In this document: piece after piece, positions 8,565 through 17,257 of the stretch | Numbering within the stretch: position 1 is the stretch's first letter | Layout: each line of letters opens with the position of its first letter | Assembly (NCBI GenBank): GCA_018830005.1 | Contig: JAHJTE010000002.1 | Coordinates: 267,809 to 331,808, forward strand | Reading direction: 5' to 3' | From: Candidatus Omnitrophota bacterium | GTDB taxonomy: Bacteria; Omnitrophota; Gorgyraeia; JAHJTE01 | Length of the DNA: 64,000 nt | Position numbers and translations under genes: made by a program | The notes under the pieces: generated by a model | Seen by the model: only the letters and a program-made list of their open reading frames with translations | The model's database searches: none | What the model was told of the DNA's origin: nothing

Positions 8565-9767
8565 TTAGATCTTATCGTTAATTTTTATCTGATAATTTAT
8601 ATTGGCCTGACTTAGACCCAAAAGATACCAAAATAGCATGCCTATGTCTAAATTATATAAATTAGTATCAAAAATACTATGAATCAAATAAGTAAACAAA
8701 GCAGCAAGGAGCCCAACGCTTAAACTTCTACCAAAACCCAATTCAATTTTCTTCAAGCGTTTAATTGATTTATAAAATAAAATTATCAAAAGTAATAAGA
8801 ATGAGAAAAGGCCAAATAAACCAGTCTCGGCTGCCATCTGTAAATAGCAGTTGTGCGCATAGCTTGCACCCCAACGATAGGCCTTCTTATCATAGTTGAA
8901 TCTTTCAAAATTATACATATACGTACCTAAACCTAGACCAAACATTGGCCTGCCGCTAAACATCTCCAAGCTTATCTTACTTAAAATTCTGCGATCCCGA
9001 CCACCTGGCCCTGCAAGGTTAAATCTATTTATCTCGTTCCACTTGTCTTGAGGTAAAAATTGCCAAAGCAAAATAAAAGCGATTAGCATAGATAATATAA
9101 ATTTAAGAAATGATTTTTTATTAACAAAAAACCCAAGGAAGAATACTCCCATGAATAAACCAACCCATGCGCCTCTTGACAACGACATAAATAAACAGAT
9201 TAATAAAAGTATTGGAAAAAATTTTGAGAATATTCTAGCTGACAATTTTTTGAATCTGTGAAAGAATAAGCTCAAAGAAAGAATAGCTAGAGGCGCCAAA
9301 TATGCAGCAAAATCATTTGAACTCGCAAAAGGTCCCTTAATATGTAAAGTAAAAGGCTTGGCTCCGTATGGCCATGGGCGATGACGCAAGAAATCAATGT
9401 GTGTAAAAAATTGAAATATGCCATCGGCGCAAATCAAGGCAGCCGAAAACATCAAGACTATCAAGATAATATTCATCTTTTTCTTACTATTTATAGTCTC
9501 AGCAACTATAAAAAATATCAAAACATTTTCAAGCAGCTTAAAGAAAAAAGCCCTCGCACTTATTTGGACGTTTGTACTAAAAATGATAGAAAGAATACAT
9601 ACGGCTAGATAAACAAAGATGAATTTATTTAGTGGAGTATGTACAACAAAACTTTTGGAAATGATCTTTTTAACAATAAAGGCAAGTATGGCTAAGCTGG
9701 CAAAGATTTCTATGAATGCCTTGGATATGGGCAAGAAAAAAATCAAGCCATATAAAGCATACTCCAT
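8565..9767 (-). CDS. O-antigen ligase / Wzy-type polymerase family membrane protein
   Basis: About 10-12 TM helices with a periplasmic loop (...FHRFKKLSARIF...MSLSRGAWVGLFMG...) typical of the Wzy_C/O-antigen-ligase domain. Start is ambiguous: in-frame ATGs at 9863, 9812 and 9767, all with weak RBS. I chose 9767 because it avoids overlap with the upstream gene. Confidence 0.65.
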   Translation of the reverse strand: MEYALYGLIFFLPISKAFIEIFASLAILAFIVKKIISKSFVVHTPLNKFIFVYLAVCILSIIFSTNVQISARAFFFKLLENVLIFFIVAETINSKKKMNIILIVLMFSAALICADGIFQFFTHIDFLRHRPWPYGAKPFTLHIKGPFASSNDFAAYLAPLAILSLSLFFHRFKKLSARIFSKFFPILLLICLFMSLSRGAWVGLFMGVFFLGFFVNKKSFLKFILSMLIAFILLWQFLPQDKWNEINRFNLAGPGGRDRRILSKISLEMFSGRPMFGLGLGTYMYNFERFNYDKKAYRWGASYAHNCYLQMAAETGLFGLFSFLLLLIILFYKSIKRLKKIELGFGRSLSVGLLAALFTYLIHSIFDTNLYNLDIGMLFWYLLGLSQANINYQIKINDKI

Positions 9768-9798
9768 TACAATATCGCAAACTAAAATTGAATATTCT

Positions 9799-11631
9799 CT
9801 ATTTAATCTCATAATTCTCACTGAAATCCAGCATGCCGCCCATTTTTCGTAAACGACAGCCATTTATGCTACAGATGGTGGTAATTTCTTTCAAATCGCT
9901 TTCAGGAAGCGACGGTATAGCAAGAAAAATTTCACCAATGCCTTTCATTTTTATAACTTTCCCCAAGACCTGTCTCGTTCCTAGAACCTTGATGCCGTGA
10001 ATTTTCTTGCCGACCTTTACCTTATTATCATCTATAAAACCTATTGGATTATAATTTAATAAATTATTCCTTTTAATCTCCCTCAATAACATCTCACCCG
10101 TATTACCTGCCCCAAAAATAAGTATCTTTTTCTCCTTACGGCGAGAGGCAAAGAAATATTCACTTAAGATTGGCGTGACTACTCTGATTCCTATAACAAG
10201 AAAGAGTAAAATAAGTAAATCTAAAATAAACACAGCGCGTGAATAATCAACAAATCTAAACAAAAAGGTCACAGAAACTATGCTCAGCAAAGAACTTAAG
10301 CTAACTGCCTTAAATACGGAAATTGCATCATGGATACTTATATAAGGCCAAACCCTTGTATATAAACCAAAAACAAAAAAGCTAGTTAATTTTATAGTAA
10401 CAATCAATGGCAGGCTTCTACTTATAATAGTAAAAACTGGATTGGGAATATTACCGTCATATTTCAATAGATAGGCAGAATAATACGCTACACAAATTAA
10501 AACTAAATCGACAATAACCTCTAAGGCATTTCGCTTATACAGCAACACAGTGTTTAAAACGACGTTATTGCCCCTCTGTTTTTGCTTACGCGCCCTCTCT
10601 AAATCTTCCTCTTTCCTGTAGGTTTTTACATCAGCAAGAAATATCCCGAAGAAAAGTATAACTATAACTGTCAAGATCGCAAAAATAGAAACAATACCTA
10701 GATTAATCTTTGTATACAATAAAGCAATGGTACCGAATAGAATGCTTAAACAATATAAAAGAATGACGGTCTTCCTTTCAGATAAACCTAAAGAAACTAA
10801 ATGATGAGAGGTATGATCTCTGCCTCCCTCCCAAAAAGCCTTACCTCTAACATTTCTCAAGATAATAACAAATAATGTATCAAATATCGGCACTGCAAGG
10901 ATTAAAAAAGGAACAGCTAAAGTAACTATAACGCTAGAAACATGCTGGCTAGAACCTATTAATGAAATAACAGCTAAACTAAAGCCGAAAAACATACTCC
11001 CTGAATCGCCCATATAAATTTTGGCTGGATTAAAATTATAGGGCAAGAAACCCAAAGCACTGGCTGCAAGTATAAGGGCAATAACACCTATGCCATCCTT
11101 ATTTAACATCAAGGAAGTAACAAATATCATTGACGAGCAGATTGCTGCTGTACCAGCAGCTAGACCATCCATATTGTCTAATAGATTGAATGCATTCGTA
11201 ATGCCAACAATCCAAAATATTGTCAATACATAAGACAGTAATCGATAATGCGGTAGATCAAAAGAAATTCCAAAAAAGATTATAATGCAACTTGCAATAA
11301 TCTGACCTAGCAACTTTAGTTGAGGCTTCATGGGTCGAAAATCATCTGTTAGTCCCCAAAAAAAGATAAATACTGCGCCTGAAAGAAAGACCCATGTAGT
11401 TTTAGTCAAAGGCATAAAGATAACAATGCCGATAAAAAAAGCCAAGAAGATGCCTACCCCGCCTAGAAGAGCAGTAACCTTTCTGTGAAAACGGTTATCT
11501 TTTGGCCTGGACACTAATTTATATTTAATAGCAAAAGAACGCACAAGCCGCGTTAGCATTAACGAAACTCCAAAAACAATCAGAAAGATATAAGTATCTT
11601 TTAACAGCAAATCAGTCAACATTCCCTCCAA
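9799..11631 (-). CDS. Polyprenol-phosphate N-acetylhexosamine-1-phosphate transferase (WecA/MraY family, GT4) fused to a C-terminal TM + Rossmann-like (WbaP/PglF N-terminal-type) domain
   Basis: NLLDNMDGLAAG signature of the MraY/WecA family and ~10 TM helices in the first ~340 aa. The C-terminal ~250 aa holds 4 TM helices and then KILIFGAGNTGEMLLREIK...YNPIGFIDDNKVKVGKKIHGIKVLG, the motif of the N-terminal regulatory domain of WbaP/CapD/PglF-type proteins. Confidence 0.75.
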   Translation of the reverse strand: MEGMLTDLLLKDTYIFLIVFGVSLMLTRLVRSFAIKYKLVSRPKDNRFHRKVTALLGGVGIFLAFFIGIVIFMPLTKTTWVFLSGAVFIFFWGLTDDFRPMKPQLKLLGQIIASCIIIFFGISFDLPHYRLLSYVLTIFWIVGITNAFNLLDNMDGLAAGTAAICSSMIFVTSLMLNKDGIGVIALILAASALGFLPYNFNPAKIYMGDSGSMFFGFSLAVISLIGSSQHVSSVIVTLAVPFLILAVPIFDTLFVIILRNVRGKAFWEGGRDHTSHHLVSLGLSERKTVILLYCLSILFGTIALLYTKINLGIVSIFAILTVIVILFFGIFLADVKTYRKEEDLERARKQKQRGNNVVLNTVLLYKRNALEVIVDLVLICVAYYSAYLLKYDGNIPNPVFTIISRSLPLIVTIKLTSFFVFGLYTRVWPYISIHDAISVFKAVSLSSLLSIVSVTFLFRFVDYSRAVFILDLLILLFLVIGIRVVTPILSEYFFASRRKEKKILIFGAGNTGEMLLREIKRNNLLNYNPIGFIDDNKVKVGKKIHGIKVLGTRQVLGKVIKMKGIGEIFLAIPSLPESDLKEITTICSINGCRLRKMGGMLDFSENYEIK

Positions 11632-11658
11632 AAAAATTTCTCTTGGAAAATACTGTAT

Positions 11659-12627
11659 TTAACTACTCTTTTTTGCAATAACAACAATATTCGGAGCAAG
11701 ATAACCTACTCTATTTAACCTAATTCTATATTCAATCAGAGACAATAAATAGAGTGTGATTCTTGCAAATTGTCTCTTACAATCAAGCATCCAAGGAGTT
11801 GGATATTGATAGTAATGCCCCACATAATTATGCCATACAGGAACTTGGATGGGCCTGCCAATACAGACCCTAATTACCTTAAAGCCAAACTTATCAAGCA
11901 TAAGCTTTAGGGTTTTTTGAGAATAATGAACAACATGTTCGTAGGAATCAAATATATCATAATTCTTTAACCTATTTGTAGTCTTCGCACAATAATATTT
12001 AAAAAGATTAAATAGTCCATTAGGGACCTTAATAAAGAGAATACCATCGGGTTTTAATATTCTTTTAACCTCTTCTAGGACCTCACCCGGTTCAGATAAA
12101 TGCTCAAAAACATCAGTCATCGTTACTACATCGAAGAATGAATTCTTAAATCCAGCATCCTGCAGAAAGGCTGTTTTTACATTCAAGCTGAAATACTTTC
12201 TTGCTATCTCAGACAGAGAAGAAGATGGTTCTACGCCATAAAGATTCCAACTCCACCCTTTTGCATTCCTTAAGAAAAATCCCATATTCGTTCCTACATC
12301 CAAAAAGTTCCCTGATGGCTTATATTTGTAAATCAACTTTAGATCCTGGATATAATTTTGGTCTCGATGATGCCTGCTCTTGCCTTCAAAAATTAATCTT
12401 GCCTCTTTAAAATATTTATCTGCCTCACCCCAGTAAATCTTTTCCGGCTCTTTTAATCTAGGATTCACGTATAAAAGCCCGCAACCCAGGCACTTCACAA
12501 TAGCCAATGTGCCTCTTTCTTGGTATATCTGTCTATATTTATTAATATTGCAAAATGGACAACAAACAGAAATTACATCTGATTCACTATAAATCTCCTT
12601 CTGCCTGCCACCTCTGTCATAATCCAT
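11659..12627 (-). CDS. Class I SAM-dependent methyltransferase with N-terminal zinc ribbon
   Basis: CPFCN...CLGCG zinc ribbon, then LDVGTNMGFFL motif I and DVVTMTDVFEHL motif. Paralog of the genes at 39267..40187 and 49522..50475. Confidence 0.8.
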   Translation of the reverse strand: MDYDRGGRQKEIYSESDVISVCCPFCNINKYRQIYQERGTLAIVKCLGCGLLYVNPRLKEPEKIYWGEADKYFKEARLIFEGKSRHHRDQNYIQDLKLIYKYKPSGNFLDVGTNMGFFLRNAKGWSWNLYGVEPSSSLSEIARKYFSLNVKTAFLQDAGFKNSFFDVVTMTDVFEHLSEPGEVLEEVKRILKPDGILFIKVPNGLFNLFKYYCAKTTNRLKNYDIFDSYEHVVHYSQKTLKLMLDKFGFKVIRVCIGRPIQVPVWHNYVGHYYQYPTPWMLDCKRQFARITLYLLSLIEYRIRLNRVGYLAPNIVVIAKKSS

Positions 12628-12651
12628 AGTTTGCTTTAGGGTATCTTGGCT

Positions 12652-13620
12652 CTAACTAAGATTTTTCTTATGATATCTTATGACATCTTCAATAATGCCT
12701 TCTAAATTCTTGGTTGGCTTGAAATTAATCAATTTATGGATCTTGTTGATATCCGGAACTCTACGCGGCATATCTTCAAAGCCTTCCTCATAAGCCTCAT
12801 CATAAGGTATATAAACAAGGCCTGATTTACTCTTTGTAATTTCAATAATTTTTTTTGCTAAGTTTTCGATACTTACTTCTTCTTGGCTGCCCAAATTGAA
12901 AACCTCTCCAACAGCCTCTTCCTTTTCCATTAATTTTATCATAGCCTGCACAGCATCTCTAACATGCAGAAAACAACGCGATTGCCTGCCATCACCATAT
13001 ATTGTAATAGGTTCTTCCTTCAATGCCTGTCGTATAAATCTGGGCACAACCATACCGTAGGTTCCAGATTGGCGTGGACCAACAGTATTAAATAGCCTTA
13101 CAATTATTGTAGGTAAACCCCTAACCTTAAAATAAATATATGAGAGTATTTCATCAACTGCCTTTGAAGTCGAGTAACTCCAGCGGCTCTTTAAGGGCGA
13201 ACCCAAGATTCTATCATCACCTTCTTTTAGCGGCCCGTTTGCATTTTTACCATAAATCTCTGAAGTAGAAGTAATTAGTAGCTTTCTATTATAGCGACAA
13301 CTGGCCTCTAAAACAACCTCCGTGCCCTTAATATTCGTAGTCAAAGACTCAAATGGCTTCTTTATAATGAGCTCAACACCAACTGCAGCTGCTAGATGAA
13401 ATACGGAATCAACTTTTTCAGCTAATTTATCAACTAGCTCTTCGTCTTGAATGCTGCCTCTTACAATCTGAAAATTTTCATTTTTCTCTAAGTGAGAAAT
13501 ATTTTCCATCCTACCCGTAGAAAAATCATCTAAAATAGTCACATGATTATTACGCTTTAATAATACTTCAGCTAAATGCGACCCGATGAAACCAGCACCA
13601 CCAGTAACTAAATATCTCAT
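12652..13620 (-). CDS. NAD-dependent epimerase/dehydratase (extended SDR; UDP-glucuronate decarboxylase/4-epimerase-like)
   Basis: MRYLVTGGAGFIGSHLAEVLL, YSTSK catalytic motif, 322 aa. Confidence 0.85.
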   Translation of the reverse strand: MRYLVTGGAGFIGSHLAEVLLKRNNHVTILDDFSTGRMENISHLEKNENFQIVRGSIQDEELVDKLAEKVDSVFHLAAAVGVELIIKKPFESLTTNIKGTEVVLEASCRYNRKLLITSTSEIYGKNANGPLKEGDDRILGSPLKSRWSYSTSKAVDEILSYIYFKVRGLPTIIVRLFNTVGPRQSGTYGMVVPRFIRQALKEEPITIYGDGRQSRCFLHVRDAVQAMIKLMEKEEAVGEVFNLGSQEEVSIENLAKKIIEITKSKSGLVYIPYDEAYEEGFEDMPRRVPDINKIHKLINFKPTKNLEGIIEDVIRYHKKNLS

Positions 13621-13626
13621 TGTTCT

Positions 13627-14802
13627 TTACTCCTTTCTATATAATAATTCCTCATACAAACCTACAATATCATTAATTAAGCGCGTCTTATTGAATCTCT
13701 CTTTAACAAACTCACGGCCTGATTGGCCCAATCGTATCCTTAAACCTTGCTCATCAATAAGTTTTCTTAAGGCGCAGGCAAAAGCATCAACATCATTTGA
13801 CTCAACCAAAAAACCTCTTTCCTCATTAACTAAGTCCTTAACCCCTCCGACTTTAGTGGCAACTACTGGCCTAGCAGAGGCCATGGCCTCGATTAAACTT
13901 ACGGGGGTTCCTTCGTTCAAAGATGTCAAGACGACAATATCTAAATTTGAATATAAATCTACTAAATTGTTTTGCCAGCCTATGAATTCTATAAACCTCT
14001 CAACTCCTAATTTGCGCGAATTGCTCTTTAAACTTTCTCTCAATTCTCCATCGCCAGCAATAATGAATTTGTAGTCTGTGCCTTGAGGTTTACAATTTGT
14101 TAAAAGTTTTATTGCCTTAATGAACATATAATGATTTTTTATTGGGACTAACCTGCCAATAATACCTACATTGACCTGGGAATTATTACGACTTTCAGGG
14201 ATACTAAATAATTTGTCCAGGTCTAAACCTAATGGAATTACTATTATTTTTTTGAAATCTCCGATTTTCAATTTAATAAGTTCATTTTTGACTTCATTGC
14301 TAACAGCAATAATTCTATCTGTAAATCTGGCTAAAATGTGCTCAACCAAAATAAAAATCCGAGTCTTAAATCCTGCAAAATAGCTGTGCAAAACGTGGCC
14401 GTGGAAAGTATGAACGAGTCTCGACTTTTTCCTCTTGCGCCTTGGATTCTGTGTAAACTTGTATAAAAGAGCAGCAAGACGTCCCAAGGTGCCTGCTTTA
14501 GCAGTATGGGTGTGGATTATATCTGGTTGTTCCTTCTTTATTATTTGAAAAAGTTTATAAAAAGAGATCAAATCATTTCTAAGGCTTATCTTTCGACCAA
14601 GTTCAGGTATAATAATTGGCTTTACATCTTTCTCGTTTGCCAGATAAGTCATATCGCCTTCATAACTATCAACAACACCTGATACTAAAACTGAGTCAAA
14701 CTTATCATTATTAAGACCTTCCGTAAGTAAAATAGTATGTCTGGCTGGTCCGCCGATATTAAGCCTCGCAATTATTCTTAAGACTTTGATTTTTTTAACC
14801 AT
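13627..14802 (-). CDS. Glycosyltransferase family 4 (GT-B, retaining)
   Basis: N-terminal RLNIGGPARHTILL donor-domain motif and a C-terminal E-x7-E-like region (TSLNEGTPVSLIEAMASARPVVATKVGG). Confidence 0.8.
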   Translation of the reverse strand: MVKKIKVLRIIARLNIGGPARHTILLTEGLNNDKFDSVLVSGVVDSYEGDMTYLANEKDVKPIIIPELGRKISLRNDLISFYKLFQIIKKEQPDIIHTHTAKAGTLGRLAALLYKFTQNPRRKRKKSRLVHTFHGHVLHSYFAGFKTRIFILVEHILARFTDRIIAVSNEVKNELIKLKIGDFKKIIVIPLGLDLDKLFSIPESRNNSQVNVGIIGRLVPIKNHYMFIKAIKLLTNCKPQGTDYKFIIAGDGELRESLKSNSRKLGVERFIEFIGWQNNLVDLYSNLDIVVLTSLNEGTPVSLIEAMASARPVVATKVGGVKDLVNEERGFLVESNDVDAFACALRKLIDEQGLRIRLGQSGREFVKERFNKTRLINDIVGLYEELLYRKE

Positions 14803-15332
14803 TTCAAAAATGAACTGCTTTGATTGATATTATCAAATTTTGCTTTAGAAAAAAGGCCGGCTATTGCTAACAGTAAAAACGCCAGCCGGATAATCAGGCC
14901 AACAAAGCTAATTTGCCGCTTTAGGAGAAATGCTAAAAATATATTTACCGCAATTAAGGAAATAGTAACGATACTACAACTCTTAATTGGAGCGAAGTAA
15001 AATATATTTTTAGCTTCTCCTACCAAGCTTATAGTTTTGACACTATTGTAAGAATTAACTATTCTCATCCTGCAAGACCTATAATTATAATTTATGAACT
15101 GCAGAATTCTGCTATTATCTAAAACCGCATATCTCCTACCTGAAGGTTCAGTAATCTTTCCTAAAAAGCTATGTTTGAAGCAAGTCTTTAAACAATTCCA
15201 AAAGTGGCTTATTATCTTGTGTATCTGACTAGCGTCATAGATCTCTCTCCATATCTGTTTGTTGCGATTTAAAAATAAAGAAAGACGTTTAAATACATAT
15301 ATCGAAATGCTTGTTTCTAAAAAACTTTTCAT
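14778..15332 (-). CDS. Hypothetical protein with C-terminal TM segments
   Basis: 184-aa ORF in the operon frame array with no recognisable motif; it overlaps the downstream GT4 start by 25 nt. Could be a small membrane accessory protein or a spurious call. Confidence 0.3.
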   Translation of the reverse strand: MKSFLETSISIYVFKRLSLFLNRNKQIWREIYDASQIHKIISHFWNCLKTCFKHSFLGKITEPSGRRYAVLDNSRILQFINYNYRSCRMRIVNSYNSVKTISLVGEAKNIFYFAPIKSCSIVTISLIAVNIFLAFLLKRQISFVGLIIRLAFLLLAIAGLFSKAKFDNINQSSSFLKWLKKSKS

Positions 15333-15871
15333 TCAATATCCTTTTTTTCTAAACCGATTATAGTTCCGTAGAAACTATAGAAATCTGGAGAAAACGTAAA
15401 AGTGCTTCCAATTTTCAGCAGCTTATTCTCAAAGAAATAACCAGTATTTTTACGATCGCTTATCACTTCAAGTTGCAAAATTAAATCCCTTTTTCCAGAA
15501 CCATCTATGACACTCAAAACTTTTCCATCTCCCACAACTTTGGCAATTTGGGTCGGTGTATTTGAAATAATTTTAACTATTTTAACTGCAGGCCTGTTAG
15601 CCTCAAGTTCTAACCACTGATTCTTTACAATTTGTATCTGTATATCCCCTTCCTTTACAAGTTTACCTACATCTGGATCTAACTCCTCAACCCTCAACGT
15701 TAATAGCACTGTCTCTAAATGTTCTAGGTATTCTATCTTAGGAGTCTCTACAGTAGAAACTCTATGTACAAAATAATATATTGGAATGAGTAATAACAAA
15801 AAGGCAGCTACTAAAAAATCTATAATGTTTATCTTTTCAAATAGCCTTCCTTTTTCATCTATAATCTTCAT
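15329..15871 (-). CDS. DUF4330-family membrane-anchored protein
   Basis: MKIIDEKGRLFEKINIIDFLVAAFLLLLIPIYYF matches the characteristic DUF4330 N-terminus (IDEKGRLFGKINIID + TM helix); 180 aa. Confidence 0.55.
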   Translation of the reverse strand: MKIIDEKGRLFEKINIIDFLVAAFLLLLIPIYYFVHRVSTVETPKIEYLEHLETVLLTLRVEELDPDVGKLVKEGDIQIQIVKNQWLELEANRPAVKIVKIISNTPTQIAKVVGDGKVLSVIDGSGKRDLILQLEVISDRKNTGYFFENKLLKIGSTFTFSPDFYSFYGTIIGLEKKDIE

Positions 15872-15973
15872 TTTTATCCCTCCATTTTAAATTTCCGCAA
15901 AGAAGTTTTCTCTGATACCTTTAAGATCTCCTCCCCACCAAGATCGAATCATGATAAAGCTTTGTGATTTCAT

Positions 15974-17257
15974 TTAATTTTTTACTGCAAAATCAATAAT
16001 ATTACCTCGAACGCTATATAAACTTGTGTTTAATGTAATAGTATTACCTATCAAGATCGGAAAATCTTTATAATAATATTTTTCATTTTTTTTCAAGGCT
16101 AGCACATCTACCGATAAAATAAAATCTTTATAAAGTGGATTTTCAACATAGGCAAACTCTTTCCCATCGAATTTCGCTACTGCTACTGTCGAAGTCTTTA
16201 CATCAAAATAAAGTGGATTTTCAACATAGGCAAACTCTTTCCCATCGAATTTCGCTACTGCTACTGTCGAAGTCTTTACATCAAAAATCGAACGAATTCT
16301 GCCTATGGTCTTACCAAAATTATCTTTTTCAATATCTCCTTCTCTTGCTACATTAGCCACCTCTTGAATAATCCCTGAACATTTAATACGCAGTGTCAAC
16401 CACTTTTCTTCAAAATAGGCAATACCTAATATCGCCTTTGCTTTATATTTATCTGTTACAAACTCAAAATGTGTGTCGCGCCCCACTCTCTTACCTTCAA
16501 AATAAAGATTGCCATTATTGTCTACTTGACATCTCATTCTTATCTTTACTGGTATTTGCTTTATCTGCTCATCCTGAACTATTAAAAAATCTCCGCTCTT
16601 CGCATTGATATTAATATAGCCGATTTGAGGTTTGCCAATCTCTAAAATCTCAGCTAACACCTCGCCATTTCTATCTAAAACCTTATCCCCAACGCAAACT
16701 AATTTAAGTGTATTTTCGTTTAAATCTTTTAGTGTAATATCCAAATACAATGTTCTCTCTTCCAATCCACCTTGTTGCTTGAACATAAAGGTTGCTGTAT
16801 ATTTATCAGTATTAAACTCAAAAAAAGGATTGGAAAATAACCGGCTATTTTTATAATATAGATTGCCATCCAATCTAGTTTCTGCCCTCAGCCTGAGTTT
16901 CGCAGAGATCTGTTTTAAGTTTGAATCTTTTATAGTTATCGCCTCTTCCTCACTTAACTTAATCTCATAAAAATAAGGCTTAATCTCCTCTAGACTTATT
17001 ATCTGGGCTATAGGCTTTCCATCCTTATCAAACTCAGCATCTCCAACTGAAAGACTCTTTGCTACTTCGGGTTCTAACATTACAAACAAACAGTGGAAAT
17101 CTGCCTCAACGCTTTCGCCCCACATTTTATATTCCTTAGTGTATACCTTGTAAGCAAAATAAGAGATAGGCAAAAGGAAAATCAATAAAAATATTACTGA
17201 GAAATCTATAACGTTTATCTTTCCGAATAGCTTTCCCTTTTCATCTAAGATCTTCAT
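15974..17257 (-). CDS. DUF4330-family membrane-anchored protein, long form with repeated beta-rich modules and a 26-aa perfect tandem duplication
   Basis: Start at MKILDEKGKLFGKINVIDFSVIFLL, with an AAGGAG RBS 8 nt upstream and an ATGA overlap with the upstream gene. Internal repeated ...TDKY(K/T)A... modules. The ORF-track N-terminal extension to 17335 is rejected. Confidence 0.55.
   Translation of the reverse strand: MKILDEKGKLFGKINVIDFSVIFLLIFLLPISYFAYKVYTKEYKMWGESVEADFHCLFVMLEPEVAKSLSVGDAEFDKDGKPIAQIISLEEIKPYFYEIKLSEEEAITIKDSNLKQISAKLRLRAETRLDGNLYYKNSRLFSNPFFEFNTDKYTATFMFKQQGGLEERTLYLDITLKDLNENTLKLVCVGDKVLDRNGEVLAEILEIGKPQIGYININAKSGDFLIVQDEQIKQIPVKIRMRCQVDNNGNLYFEGKRVGRDTHFEFVTDKYKAKAILGIAYFEEKWLTLRIKCSGIIQEVANVAREGDIEKDNFGKTIGRIRSIFDVKTSTVAVAKFDGKEFAYVENPLYFDVKTSTVAVAKFDGKEFAYVENPLYKDFILSVDVLALKKNEKYYYKDFPILIGNTITLNTSLYSVRGNIIDFAVKN
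16131..16286. repeat. Perfect 78-bp direct tandem duplication (2 copies) inside the DUF4330 coding sequence
   Basis: 16131-16208 and 16209-16286 are identical (taaagtggattttcaacataggcaaactctttcccatcgaatttcgctactgctactgtcgaagtctttacatcaaaa). In frame, it encodes VKTSTVAVAKFDGKEFAYVENPLY(F/K)D twice. Confidence 0.9.

Noticed and set aside
16131..16286. Possibility that the 78-bp direct repeats (and the 15-bp repeats at 61796-61825) represent a CRISPR array
   Set aside because: Each has only two copies, with no spacers between them, inside coding sequence, and no cas genes anywhere in the window.
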